Shown: positions 1 through 9,325, counted from the first letter of the stretch. The stretch is DNA of 53,926 bases from a bacterium (GCA_023267535.1 JAHFNC010000005.1:1-53926), one strand, 5' to 3'. Program-made: numbers and translations. Notes: a model not told the origin generated them from the sequence alone.

Positions 1-770
<770 letters not shown>

Positions 771-996
771 AGAGTGTGACAAAAGAAAAATAATTTGCAC
801 AATATGTGTAATATTCACGATATTATTTAGTTGAAAAAATAATATCGAACATTGTATTCTGTTTTCAAAAAGCTCTTTTTTGCGTAAATGAAAAACCAAT
901 CTTCATCAACACAAAGAAGTTTGTTTATTCTAAACGAAACAATAAATAAAGTCAAGGAAAGAAACAGGTAAATTATCCTTACTAAATAAAGGTATT

Positions 997-1536
997 TTAA
1001 CGCATGGGGAAACTTTGATTCTCAGGTGGAGGATTTAACTCTTTGGACATATCAACAAACTCATTTTTATCAAAAAAGAAAGCCCCTTCTACAATCTCAC
1101 TATTGATAAATTTTGGTAAGAAAATTTTATCTCCAGCCATCATCTCATCGTATGGAATAGCATTCATCTTAAAAAATTCAGGAGGCCCCATTTCATCGCC
1201 CTCTTTCGGAGTACCTTCATAATTTTCTACAAAATAAAAATACACTTCCATATCTGCTAAGTCTTTGGAAGTATTTCCTGGCCAAAAAAAAGAAATAACG
1301 CCGGTATACTCTAAATCTTTTTCGGTAATTTTTATTCCTGATTCATCAAACAGTTCACGAATAGCGGTTTCTGTTATAGTTTCGCCTTCTTCTTGCTTAC
1401 CACCATAACCATTCCATTTATCCAAACTTATTCCAAGAGTTCCGTCAGCGTGATGAATAGATTTCTTCTTTCTAGCCAAACAAATCTCCTCCCCTTTGAG
1501 TAGGAATACTACGGTGCATTTAGTTTTGGCTTGCAT
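997..1536 (-). CDS. NUDIX hydrolase
   Basis: Nudix box GGKQEEGETITETAIRELFDESG (GX5EX7REUXEEXGU pattern); 179 aa. Confidence 0.85.
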   Translation of the reverse strand: MQAKTKCTVVFLLKGEEICLARKKKSIHHADGTLGISLDKWNGYGGKQEEGETITETAIRELFDESGIKITEKDLEYTGVISFFWPGNTSKDLADMEVYFYFVENYEGTPKEGDEMGPPEFFKMNAIPYDEMMAGDKIFLPKFINSEIVEGAFFFDKNEFVDMSKELNPPPENQSFPMR

Positions 1537-1537
1537 A

Positions 1538-2098
1538 TTATTTTCTATTTTTTAGAGAAACAGTTAAAGAAAGAAGAATTAAAAATCCAAACAAAACAAA
1601 GGACATAAACGGAAATGATATGAATCCAAATTCCATAAATGATGGCTTGGCACAATCAACGGTGGATGCGACAACTGGGCATGGAATAAATTCTGAATAA
1701 CCCCACTGTAAGAAGCTATGGTAAAGAGCAACTATTTCACCAAAGATTGAAAGAATTAGTGTGTACGAGAAAATTTTGTAATCTTTTTTATAAAGAGCTA
1801 AAGCGTACAAAAATATTTGTGGATAAAGAGCTACTCTTTGAAACCAACAAAGTCCGCAAGGTAGAACTCCAAGATAATCAGAATAAAAAAGTGTAAGGGA
1901 AGCTGCACCTAATGTTCCTAAAAATCCAAAAGGTAAAGCATATCTATGTATAAAAGAAAAAAGTTTACACTCTTTTTTGGTAACAAATGAATAAATCAAA
2001 AGTAAAACCCAAATAACCAAAACGATTAAACCGACGATTGTAGCTATTGATAAATAGTAACTTAAAGAATCAATTAGGGGTTGTTTATCGTTAAACAT
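1538..2098 (-). CDS. Disulfide bond formation protein, DsbB/BdbC family
   Basis: Multi-TM protein with LPCGLCWFQRVALYP motif typical of BdbC/DsbB, plus a second Cys pair (CPVVASTVDC). Confidence 0.75.
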   Translation of the reverse strand: MFNDKQPLIDSLSYYLSIATIVGLIVLVIWVLLLIYSFVTKKECKLFSFIHRYALPFGFLGTLGAASLTLFYSDYLGVLPCGLCWFQRVALYPQIFLYALALYKKDYKIFSYTLILSIFGEIVALYHSFLQWGYSEFIPCPVVASTVDCAKPSFMEFGFISFPFMSFVLFGFLILLSLTVSLKNRK

Positions 2099-2129
2099 GA
2101 GAAAATTATAGCAGTTTTAAGGGGTATTT

Positions 2130-2157
2130 AAAAGCGCGACCGGAGGTCGCGCTTTTT
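2130..2157. terminator. Bidirectional intrinsic terminator
   Basis: aaaa-GCGCGAC-cggag-GTCGCGC-ttttt; 7-bp GC stem flanked by an A-run and a T-run. Confidence 0.7.
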
Positions 2158-2161
2158 ACAC

Positions 2162-2368
2162 CTAATGACAACCACCATGCGATGTCGGTCGTCCAATTGG
2201 ATGTTTTTCGATTTCTGAACCAAGACATTCAAAATAACAATCTTGGCAAACCTGATTACCATCAATCCTGTAATTACCTTCTTTGTCCATGACATCAAGA
2301 ACGTGACCACAGGAAGCTGGTTCTGGCTCACGAGGATCTTCCTCCAAGAATTGCTGGGCTGTTTTCAT
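2162..2368 (-). CDS. Small cysteine-rich hypothetical protein (68 aa)
   Basis: GGAGAAG SD about 6 nt upstream of the ATG. Cys pattern C-x27-CxxCxxxC...C. Followed by the terminator at 2130-2157. Confidence 0.5.
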   Translation of the reverse strand: MKTAQQFLEEDPREPEPASCGHVLDVMDKEGNYRIDGNQVCQDCYFECLGSEIEKHPIGRPTSHGGCH

Positions 2369-2417
2369 TGATCTTCTCCTTTCTTAATAAAGCAATACTA
2401 AACATAATCTATCATAT

Positions 2418-2454
2418 AAAAACAAAATCACATCAGGCGAAAGCGTGATGTGAT
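2418..2454 (-). terminator. Intrinsic terminator of the RT gene
   Basis: 9-bp stem atcacatca/tgatgtgat (2427-2435 / 2446-2454) capped by gc-GAAA-gc, followed on the minus strand by tttgttttt. Starts directly after the RT stop codon (2456-2458). Confidence 0.75.
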
Positions 2455-2455
2455 G

Positions 2456-3664
2456 TTAAAGCGGTGTAGTATTTGATACCGCTGATTCAAATTGTGAACA
2501 AAGAGCAAGAAGATTTCGGTCGCTTTTCGTTCTTACGGCGACGAAACGGGCATAATGTTTAAAATAAGTAACATGCCCTCTTAAAACATCCACATTACCT
2601 TCATGACGCGCAAGAAAAGTTCTTAGCATACCACGAAGTGCTCTACGCTTCTTTCCAGGAAAAGTAATTACCGCACCTCCGTTAATGTCAGTGGAAATTC
2701 CAAATCCAGTTATGGTGACTGTTCCTTGCCTCCTGTAAAGTACTTGTGATTTACGATGGTTAATCCCGAAGGAAGCAGAAGCCACAAACGCTCGTATTTT
2801 CTTTCTCACATCTTCCCAAATGGGGCGAAGTGAAGAAAAAACTAAATCGTCAGCATATTGCGAGAAGGTGATTTTTTTCTCACGGCAGAAATACCTTAGT
2901 GATTTATTAAGCATCATCTCGCAATATAAATTAAACAGATACGGCGACGACGGCGCTCCCGTGATGAGACCTCTTCCGTAAATGGAACGACAAAATGTTT
3001 CTACAAATCTTTTCATCCGAAGCATAAGTGGATCATTGAAGACTCCGTGTAGCACTTGATCTGACCGTATACCAAATCTCAAGTGATGGAAAAACTCATC
3101 GAGCTCCATCATGTACTTGTCGCTACGAACTAAGGCAACGAGAAGAACAGTCAGAAGGTCGGTGTTTAGCTCATCGTAAGCCTGACGAAAATCAATTTTG
3201 TAAAAATACTCGTTATTGATGTGAAGATTGGTATTCTGTATAGCTCTTGAACCAACAACAAAGGCTTTGGCAGAAGGTAATAAAACAAATCGCTTATACC
3301 TATCCCGCACATTAGAAGGAGTGCCTTCATCAATAAAGACCGCCAATTTGCTTTTGATAAAACTTTCAAAAAGTTTGTGAAGGATTTTCATCGGAAGATT
3401 TGGAGCACCTATATGGCGCCTTTTTATTATTCCGTTATTTCCTTCTTTAGAGACAACGTGAAATTCAAATCGTGGAATCATCCATCCTTTTTCAAAAACT
3501 TTTCCTTTCTTCGTCTCTGCTTTTTCTATGTTCTCAAGAATCAATTGAAGCTTTGTGAAAATAGAAAAAGGGTCAAGTTCTGGAACACCAACCGAAGAAA
3601 GCTTTGCCGTCATGTTCCTGACAAAGCTCGCTAGGTCTTTAGCTTTACTAATTTGCTTTGTCAT
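2456..3664 (-). CDS. Reverse transcriptase (stand-alone, 402 aa; retron-like / defence-RT-like, class unresolved)
   Basis: RT motifs: KRRHIGAPNLPMKILHKLF (RT1), GSRAIQNTNLH..FYKIDFRQAYD (RT2, NAxxH-like), GAPSSPYLFNLY (RT4), QYADDLVFSS (RT5), GINHRKSQV (RT6), VTITGFGIS (RT7). AGGAG lies 6 nt upstream of the ATG. Confidence 0.9.
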   Translation of the reverse strand: MTKQISKAKDLASFVRNMTAKLSSVGVPELDPFSIFTKLQLILENIEKAETKKGKVFEKGWMIPRFEFHVVSKEGNNGIIKRRHIGAPNLPMKILHKLFESFIKSKLAVFIDEGTPSNVRDRYKRFVLLPSAKAFVVGSRAIQNTNLHINNEYFYKIDFRQAYDELNTDLLTVLLVALVRSDKYMMELDEFFHHLRFGIRSDQVLHGVFNDPLMLRMKRFVETFCRSIYGRGLITGAPSSPYLFNLYCEMMLNKSLRYFCREKKITFSQYADDLVFSSLRPIWEDVRKKIRAFVASASFGINHRKSQVLYRRQGTVTITGFGISTDINGGAVITFPGKKRRALRGMLRTFLARHEGNVDVLRGHVTYFKHYARFVAVRTKSDRNLLALCSQFESAVSNTTPL

Positions 3665-4008
3665 TAGGAGCTCCTGTCAGAATAAATCAAAGAACGTAAA
3701 TCTCGGTATGGCACTGGGGAGAGTAAAAGGATAAACCTTATCCATACCGAAATGATGGGGTGCGCCCCGATGCTTCCATGGCGACCAGCGGTATCTCCTG
3801 CGTCAACTACGGAGAGCGTGCCGCCAAACTGCGCAAGTCGTCCGCCGAAGGCGGGGCACCCTAACAAAATGGAGCAATTAAGCCCCTTCTCACCACATCG
3901 CACACCTAAGCGTACTTACCATGATGAGATTTTACTGCTCTAATTTGAAACAGTTTATTACAATTCCCTCCACTCTTTTTTCCCCAGTGGCAGCCTCACA
4001 AGGAGGCA
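3665..4008 (-). ncRNA. RT-associated structured non-coding RNA (candidate msr/msd-like or DRT-type template RNA)
   Basis: Visibly GC-rich versus the AT-rich flanks. Many hairpins: gcctc/gaggc 3993-4007, CCGCC-ttc-GGCGG, GGGG-cgca-CCCC, tcggtatgg/ccataccga 3703-3711/3742-3750. Long-range inverted repeat cactgggga(gagt) 3712-3724 versus (actc)ttttttccccagtg 3972-3989. Several G-U pairs exist only in the minus sense. Confidence 0.55.
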
Positions 4009-4014
4009 AGAATA

Positions 4015-4043
4015 ATACTATAGAAATCACGAGGTGGTGTCAA
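4015..4043 (-). promoter_or_regulatory. Sigma70-type promoter for the ncRNA-RT unit
   Basis: Minus strand reads TTGACA (4043-4038), N17, TAGTAT (4020-4015). Predicted TSS is about 4008, at the first hairpin of the ncRNA. Confidence 0.5.
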
Positions 4044-4046
4044 ACT

Positions 4047-4077
4047 AAAAGGGCGACACCTTAGGTGTCGCCCTTTT
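4047..4077 (-). terminator. Intrinsic terminator after secF
   Basis: aaaaGGGCGACACCttaGGTGTCGCCCtttt. Confidence 0.8.
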
Positions 4078-4090
4078 AGTTATCAAACTG

Positions 4091-4981
4091 TTATTTCTTA
4101 TTCTTTAAATGTCTGTTATTCCACACCACTAACAATGGGCTTGCCACGAATATTGACGAATAAGTTCCAACAATCATTCCCATCATAAGAGTGAAAGCAA
4201 AAAACTTAGTGGTTACTGGACCAAACCAATAGAGAGCAACAAGAGCCAAAACAACGGTCACCGAAGTATTTATAGAGCGAGTAAAAGTTTGTCTTAAACT
4301 TATACCAACCACTTCGCCAAAATCTTTCTTAAGATTAAGTCTTAGGTTCTCGCGGATTCTATCAAACACCACAATCTTATCTGAAATAGAAATAGCAAGA
4401 ATTGTAAGAAGTGCAATCACAAACAATGTATCTATTTGTGCACCTCTTGCATAGGACAACCAAACATAAATTCCAGTTGGAAGTAAAATATCATGAACCA
4501 AAGTTACCATAGCGATGGTTCCATATTTCCAAGAAGAGACTGGTTTAGAAACTTCACGAAAGGCAAAGGCAATGAAAAGTAGAATTGCAAAAACAACAAT
4601 GACAATAGCAATTATAGCCTTCTTAGTCATTTCAGATCCCATGGTTGGACCAACAGAAACGATAGAGTCTTCTTTATATTGATACTGGTCGCCTTCTGTT
4701 AATATTGGCTTTATTTTAGAAGACATATCTTCATAACTCAAAGAAGAGATAAACTTGTAAGACGATGTTCCTGTTTGAAAGGCTTCAATTTGAAGCGTCT
4801 TGAATTGAGATAGTTCTACAGTTGAAGTCGGCGCAAGACCGACATAACTTGTTTCAATTATTGTTCCGCCAGTGAAGTCTATTCCCTTTTTGATTCCAAA
4901 TTTACTAATAGCAACAATTGAAATGATGGCAAGGGCAAGTGAGAGTCCGATGAATATTGATTTGTATTTTACGATAAACAT
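4091..4981 (-). CDS. secF: Protein translocase subunit SecF
   Basis: SecD/F-family TM bundle; immediately follows secD; 296 aa. Confidence 0.9.
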   Translation of the reverse strand: MFIVKYKSIFIGLSLALAIISIVAISKFGIKKGIDFTGGTIIETSYVGLAPTSTVELSQFKTLQIEAFQTGTSSYKFISSLSYEDMSSKIKPILTEGDQYQYKEDSIVSVGPTMGSEMTKKAIIAIVIVVFAILLFIAFAFREVSKPVSSWKYGTIAMVTLVHDILLPTGIYVWLSYARGAQIDTLFVIALLTILAISISDKIVVFDRIRENLRLNLKKDFGEVVGISLRQTFTRSINTSVTVVLALVALYWFGPVTTKFFAFTLMMGMIVGTYSSIFVASPLLVVWNNRHLKNKK

Positions 4982-5002
4982 AGTAGTAATTGTTATTAAT
5001 AA

Positions 5003-6289
5003 TTAGTTTTTGGAAAAACCAGAACCGAATAAAAACTTAACAAACGAAGACATTTTACTTGGAGCCACGGCTTGCAAGAACACTTTTGTTATAAGCTGTG
5101 CAGAAATTAGTGATACTACCGCTCCTAAAAAGAAAGTAAAAGCAAAACCTTTAACAATTGAAGTTCCAAACCAGAAAAGAATAACAGACACGATGATAGC
5201 AGCAATGTGTGAATCTCTAATTGATGTCCATGCACGATCAAACCCAGAAACAATAGCATCTTTTAAATTCTTTCCCCCTCTTAATTCTTCTTTTGTTCTT
5301 TCAAAAGTCAAAACATTGGCATCCACCGCAAGACCAACAGAAATAATAAATCCGGCTAGTCCTGCAGATGTAAGAGTAACTGGTATTAATTTAAACAATG
5401 AAAGCATGATTGAGCTGTAACTGATTAGCGCAACAGAGGCCACTACACCAGGAAGTCTGTACCAAATAATCATAAAGATGACGACAAGCAAGAAACCAAT
5501 CAAAGATGATTTTACTCCAGCGTTTATAGCTACAGAACCAAGTGATGGAGGAACAACAGTAGTTCCAGCAAGTGTAATTGGCACAGGAAGTGCGCCACTG
5601 TTTAGTCTTCCAACTAAAAGCTTAGCTTCAGTAACACTAAATCTTCCTGAGATGACCGCTGTGCCTTGTGTGATTTCTTGTTGAACAGTTGGAGCAGAGA
5701 TTGCCGACCCATCAAGGAATATTGCCACTTGCTTTCCAATATTATCTTTTGTTATTTGTGCAAATAATTTAGCTCCAGCATCATTAAAGACAAGCTCCAC
5801 CATTGGATTATTTGTGGTTGGATCAAAAACTAAATTACTCTTCTGTAAATATGTACCAGTAAGACCGGTGCTCACAAAGTTATCAACTGATATAGCTGTA
5901 CTGGTTGAAGCAGGTTTGGTTTTGTCTTCCGCACGAAATTCAAGAACAGGAGTTTCGCCAATTAATTTCTCAGCTTGTTTCAAATCAGTGACTCCTGGTA
6001 ATTCAACTACCAGTCTCCACTCTTTTGCTAGACGACTATATTCAGTTGTTACGGTTGGTTCCCTAACACCGAAAAGATTTACACGACGTTCAATAACATC
6101 ACGAAGTGCATTCACACTATCATCAACATTTGTCCCCGCTGGTAATTTTCCTGTATCAATTGAATAAGTAAGAGCTGATCCTCCGGCCAAATCAAGACCA
6201 AAAACGAAATTTCTTCCAGCTTTTACTAACCAAAAAGATAATAATAATAAAAACAATATCACCCACACTGCTTTAACTTTTTCTTGCAT
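5003..6289 (-). CDS. secD: Protein translocase subunit SecD
   Basis: N-terminal TM, periplasmic P1-like domain and C-terminal 5-TM SecD/F domain (LDLAGGS, GLAVDANVLTFER). Confidence 0.9.
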   Translation of the reverse strand: MQEKVKAVWVILFLLLLSFWLVKAGRNFVFGLDLAGGSALTYSIDTGKLPAGTNVDDSVNALRDVIERRVNLFGVREPTVTTEYSRLAKEWRLVVELPGVTDLKQAEKLIGETPVLEFRAEDKTKPASTSTAISVDNFVSTGLTGTYLQKSNLVFDPTTNNPMVELVFNDAGAKLFAQITKDNIGKQVAIFLDGSAISAPTVQQEITQGTAVISGRFSVTEAKLLVGRLNSGALPVPITLAGTTVVPPSLGSVAINAGVKSSLIGFLLVVIFMIIWYRLPGVVASVALISYSSIMLSLFKLIPVTLTSAGLAGFIISVGLAVDANVLTFERTKEELRGGKNLKDAIVSGFDRAWTSIRDSHIAAIIVSVILFWFGTSIVKGFAFTFFLGAVVSLISAQLITKVFLQAVAPSKMSSFVKFLFGSGFSKN

Positions 6290-6405
6290 AATGGTGAGAT
6301 TATATCACAAATATCCTTTGATTTTAAATCCTTAATTTTTGCCAAATCGGAGTTAGTGGTCGAAAAAATTTGTAACCAATAACTTATTGCTGTTATAATT
6401 AGACT

Positions 6406-6774
6406 ATGTTTAATATTTGGCCCTATCTTTTAAGATTATCCGTCTCTTTTTATTTTATCTATCCTCACGCAGAAAGTCTCTTAGCTGGTGTAAAAAAAGC
6501 TAAAATAGCCGTCTTTGGATGTTTAAATGAATATATCCCTCAAACGATTGCCTTTACCTTGTGGCACACTATGTTTGTTCTTCTGGGACTACTTATTTTA
6601 ATTTGGCCAAGACCGATTCTTCCTCTTATCTTTGCTTTGATTGTTTTGTCTACAGAATTATATGTAAATTTCTCAACTCACAGCTACACCGTATCTAATA
6701 TGCTCATCTTTATCTTGGTTCTTGTTTCTTTGGCTTTAATCATCTATCACGCAAGTAACAATTACACTAGATAG
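6406..6774 (+). CDS. Hypothetical membrane protein
   Basis: 122 aa with 3-4 hydrophobic segments; no recognised motif. Confidence 0.45.
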   Translation: MFNIWPYLLRLSVSFYFIYPHAESLLAGVKKAKIAVFGCLNEYIPQTIAFTLWHTMFVLLGLLILIWPRPILPLIFALIVLSTELYVNFSTHSYTVSNMLIFILVLVSLALIIYHASNNYTR

Positions 6775-6789
6775 ATAGCCCCGCCTATC

Positions 6790-8967
6790 ATGCTAAATAA
6801 AATTACCGACAAGAAACTTCAAATTACAAGTTTAGTAAATGAAGTAAATAGACTTTCTCCACAACACGCTTTAGGTTTACAAAAATTAAATATAGAAAAC
6901 ATTAAAGATCTCTTTTATCATTTTCCTGCTAGATATGTTGACGTTAGAGAAATTTCTGGAACCGTTAATCTAACCAAGGGACAAGCGGTGACTATTTACG
7001 GGATAATGGATAAGGTGACAATTAAAAGAAGCTTCCGTGGACACATGCCTATGACCGAATGTAATGTCATTGATAACTCTGGGAAAATTAGATGCATTTG
7101 GTTTAATCAAGCTTATATCGGAAAAATGTATCCCAATGAAACAAGAGTGCGAGTTTCAGGTGTTGTTCAGGAAGATTCTAGAGGATTTTTTTTATCCAAT
7201 CCACAAATCGAAAAAACTGGCATTGATCATCCAGAACATATCGACAGCTTATTTGCGAAAAATGCAGATGTAGAATTTTTAACACCTATCTACAGAGAAA
7301 CAAAGGGCGTGTCGTCTTTGTTCCTCTATACTCTAATTAAGAAAAGTGTAAACAAAGGTGTCTTAGAAAATTTGGAAGATCCGATACCAAAAGAAATTTT
7401 AGAAAAACTTCACCTTCCACAATTAAAAGAGGCTTTGCTTTATATTCATTTTCCAAAAAATGAAAAGTTGACAGTCGCCGCTAGAAAAAGATTTGCTTTT
7501 GAGGAAATATTTTATCTTCAAATAAAACAACAAGCCGAAAGAAAGAAAGTTAAACATTCAAAATCTTATAAAATAAATAAAAACCCTAAAGAACTAAAAG
7601 ATTTTATAAAATCATTTCCATTTAAACCAACAGAAGCACAATTAAATGCAATTGACCAAATATTAAATGATTTATCAAAACAAGAACCAATGGGAAGATT
7701 ACTTGAAGGCGACGTTGGTAGTGGAAAAACTTTTGTAGCAGCTGTGTGTTGTCATGAGATTATAAAAAACAAAGCCGACAATGGACAGATATTACAAGTG
7801 GCATATATGGCCCCTACCGAAATATTAGCCAAACAACATTTTGAAAGTTTTATAAAATTTTTTAAGAATACAAATATTGAAATTGGATTGTTAACTTCCA
7901 AAGGTTGCAAAAAATTTCCAAGTAAGACAAATACCGATAATTCTACAGATATTTCTCGCACTCAATTATTGAAGTGGATAAAAGAAGGAAAAATAAATAT
8001 AGTTATTGGAACACATTCCCTTATTCAAAAATCTGTAGAATTCGGTAATTTGGCATTTGTCATTATCGATGAACAGCACCGCTTCGGAGTTAAACAAAGA
8101 AAAGAATTGGTCCATAATAAATCAGAAAAAATACCACATTTATTATCAATGACGGCCACTCCTATTCCCCGCACCTTAGCCCTAACAATTTTTGGTGATC
8201 TTGATTTAACGGTGATAGATGAAATGCCAAAAGAAAGAAAACCAATTATCACTGAGATTGTTCCTGTGACCAAGAGAAAAGAAATCTACGAACACATCAG
8301 AAAAGAATTAAAAAATAAAAGACAAGTCTATGTGGTTTGTCCACGCATAGACGAACAAGATGAAGAAGAAAAACAAAAAAGAATTTTAAAGAGCGTGAAA
8401 GAAGAAGCCGAGAGATTATCCAGTGATGTCTTTCCAGAATTTATTGTTGATGTTTTGCATAGCAAAATGAAACCAAAAGAAAAAGAAGAGGTGATGCAAG
8501 ATTTCTTAGATAAGAAATCAGATATTTTAGTTGCCACTTCTGTGGTTGAAGTTGGAATAAATGTTCCCAATGCAAGCGTGATGGTAATAGAAGGAGCGGA
8601 CAGATTCGGTCTTGCTCAACTCCATCAATTACGTGGTCGTGTTGGTCGTGCCGAACATCAATCTTATTGTTACTTATTTACAGATAATATGGGAGAGTCT
8701 TCACAAAGAAGATTAATATCTTTAGTCAAATCAAAAAATGGTTTTGAACTTGCTGAGATTGACATGCTTAATCGCGGAATAGGAACATTAGCTGATGGAA
8801 AACAATGGGGAATGAGTGACATGGCGATGGAAGCTATAAAGAATCCAAAGCTAGTGGAGATTGCTAGAGAGGAGGCAAAAAAAATAATTGAAAAAGATGA
8901 AGAATTAAAAATGTATCCATTACTAAAAAGTATTACTGAGGACAAAGACAGCGTTCATATGGAGTAA
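6790..8967 (+). CDS. recG: ATP-dependent DNA helicase RecG
   Basis: Wedge/OB N-terminus, Walker A GDVGSGKT, DEQHRFG, TATPIPRT, QLRGRVGR. Confidence 0.92.
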   Translation: MLNKITDKKLQITSLVNEVNRLSPQHALGLQKLNIENIKDLFYHFPARYVDVREISGTVNLTKGQAVTIYGIMDKVTIKRSFRGHMPMTECNVIDNSGKIRCIWFNQAYIGKMYPNETRVRVSGVVQEDSRGFFLSNPQIEKTGIDHPEHIDSLFAKNADVEFLTPIYRETKGVSSLFLYTLIKKSVNKGVLENLEDPIPKEILEKLHLPQLKEALLYIHFPKNEKLTVAARKRFAFEEIFYLQIKQQAERKKVKHSKSYKINKNPKELKDFIKSFPFKPTEAQLNAIDQILNDLSKQEPMGRLLEGDVGSGKTFVAAVCCHEIIKNKADNGQILQVAYMAPTEILAKQHFESFIKFFKNTNIEIGLLTSKGCKKFPSKTNTDNSTDISRTQLLKWIKEGKINIVIGTHSLIQKSVEFGNLAFVIIDEQHRFGVKQRKELVHNKSEKIPHLLSMTATPIPRTLALTIFGDLDLTVIDEMPKERKPIITEIVPVTKRKEIYEHIRKELKNKRQVYVVCPRIDEQDEEEKQKRILKSVKEEAERLSSDVFPEFIVDVLHSKMKPKEKEEVMQDFLDKKSDILVATSVVEVGINVPNASVMVIEGADRFGLAQLHQLRGRVGRAEHQSYCYLFTDNMGESSQRRLISLVKSKNGFELAEIDMLNRGIGTLADGKQWGMSDMAMEAIKNPKLVEIAREEAKKIIEKDEELKMYPLLKSITEDKDSVHME

Positions 8968-9017
8968 TACTTCATTTGGTTTTTTACATTTTCTTTGATA
9001 TATTTTATATACAAAAC

Positions 9018-9053
9018 GCGTCTAAAGCTCTGACTGGTAGAGCGATTGTCTTT
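9018..9053 (+). pseudogene. tRNA 5'-half fragment (acceptor, D-arm and 5' anticodon stem)
   Basis: gcgtctaaagctctgactggtagagcgattgtctt parallels 9085-9118 of the intact tRNA. Its acceptor gcgtct is complementary to agacgc at 9231-9236. Confidence 0.5.
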
Positions 9054-9084
9054 TCTTAGGAAATGAGAACATTGTAAACAAAGT

Positions 9085-9157
9085 GCATCCGTAGCTCAGT
9101 TGGTAGAGCGATTGTCTTATACACAATTGGCCCCTGGTTCGAGTCCAGGCGGATGCA
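9085..9157 (+). tRNA. tRNA-Ile (anticodon UAU)
   Basis: Manual cloverleaf: acceptor gcatccg/cggatgc, D gctc-agttggta-gagc, anticodon stem attgt/acaat with loop cTTATAc, T arm cctgg-ttcgagt-ccagg, discriminator A. CCA is not encoded. Confidence 0.85.
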
Positions 9158-9188
9158 CTTTGGGTAGAATGTTCGAATGCCCCTAAGA

Positions 9189-9325
9189 TGCGTAGCACTA
9201 CACAATTGGCCCCTGGTTCGAGTCCAGGCAGACGCACTAATAGTTTAATAGCCTTACACGATTAGCCCACAGGTTCCTGGTCCAGCAGACGCACCTTAAG
9301 TCAGCTGTCTTACACAATTGACCTC
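9189..9325 (+). repeat. Array of partial/degenerate tRNA-Ile copies (internally deleted copy 9189-9236; 3' half 9252-9293; anticodon-arm fragment 9304-9325)
   Basis: 9200-9236 acacaattggcccctggttcgagtccaggcagacgca differs from 9121-9157 only in the acceptor. The later copies are progressively degenerate. Confidence 0.6.

Noticed and set aside
3664-3943. ORFs 3664..3903(-) 79 aa and 3752..3943(+) 63 aa as protein genes.
   Set aside because: They lie in the GC-rich hairpin-dense leader. They have G/R/S/C/P-rich composition unlike the K/I/N-rich proteome, and no SD. Open frames on both strands are expected from GC bias. The TAATG overlap with the RT start is noted under findings but is insufficient for a call.
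2456-4045. Group II intron interpretation of the RT locus (a GUGCG pentamer occurs on the minus strand at 3903-3899).
   Set aside because: Only about 235 nt separate that GUGCG from the ORF, whereas domains I-III need several hundred nt more. No domain V/VI-like sequence follows the ORF; a terminator starts right after the stop. The 402-aa RT has no obvious maturase-X/endonuclease extension, and the RNA has its own sigma70-like promoter.
2456-4045. Diversity-generating retroelement (DGR).
   Set aside because: No template/variable repeat pair could be found by eye between the RT-proximal region and any ORF in the window. There is no Avd-like accessory gene. RT motif 4 reads GAPSSP (SP, retron/group II-like) rather than the DGR-typical SQ.
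5010-8945. Numerous 60-160-aa ORFs antisense to or nested within secD, recG, ftsH, ileS, argS, the ATPase and ABC genes (e.g. 5010..5420+, 5814..6167+, 8670..8945-, 27833..28216+, 48834..49313+, 52380..52832+).
   Set aside because: They are fully embedded in well-supported longer genes on the opposite strand or in another frame. They are low-complexity (S/I/F/L-rich, typical of AT-rich antisense frames) and lack SD sequences.
9022-9237. ORF 9022..9237(-) 71 aa.
   Set aside because: It runs antisense through the tRNA-Ile gene and its fragments.
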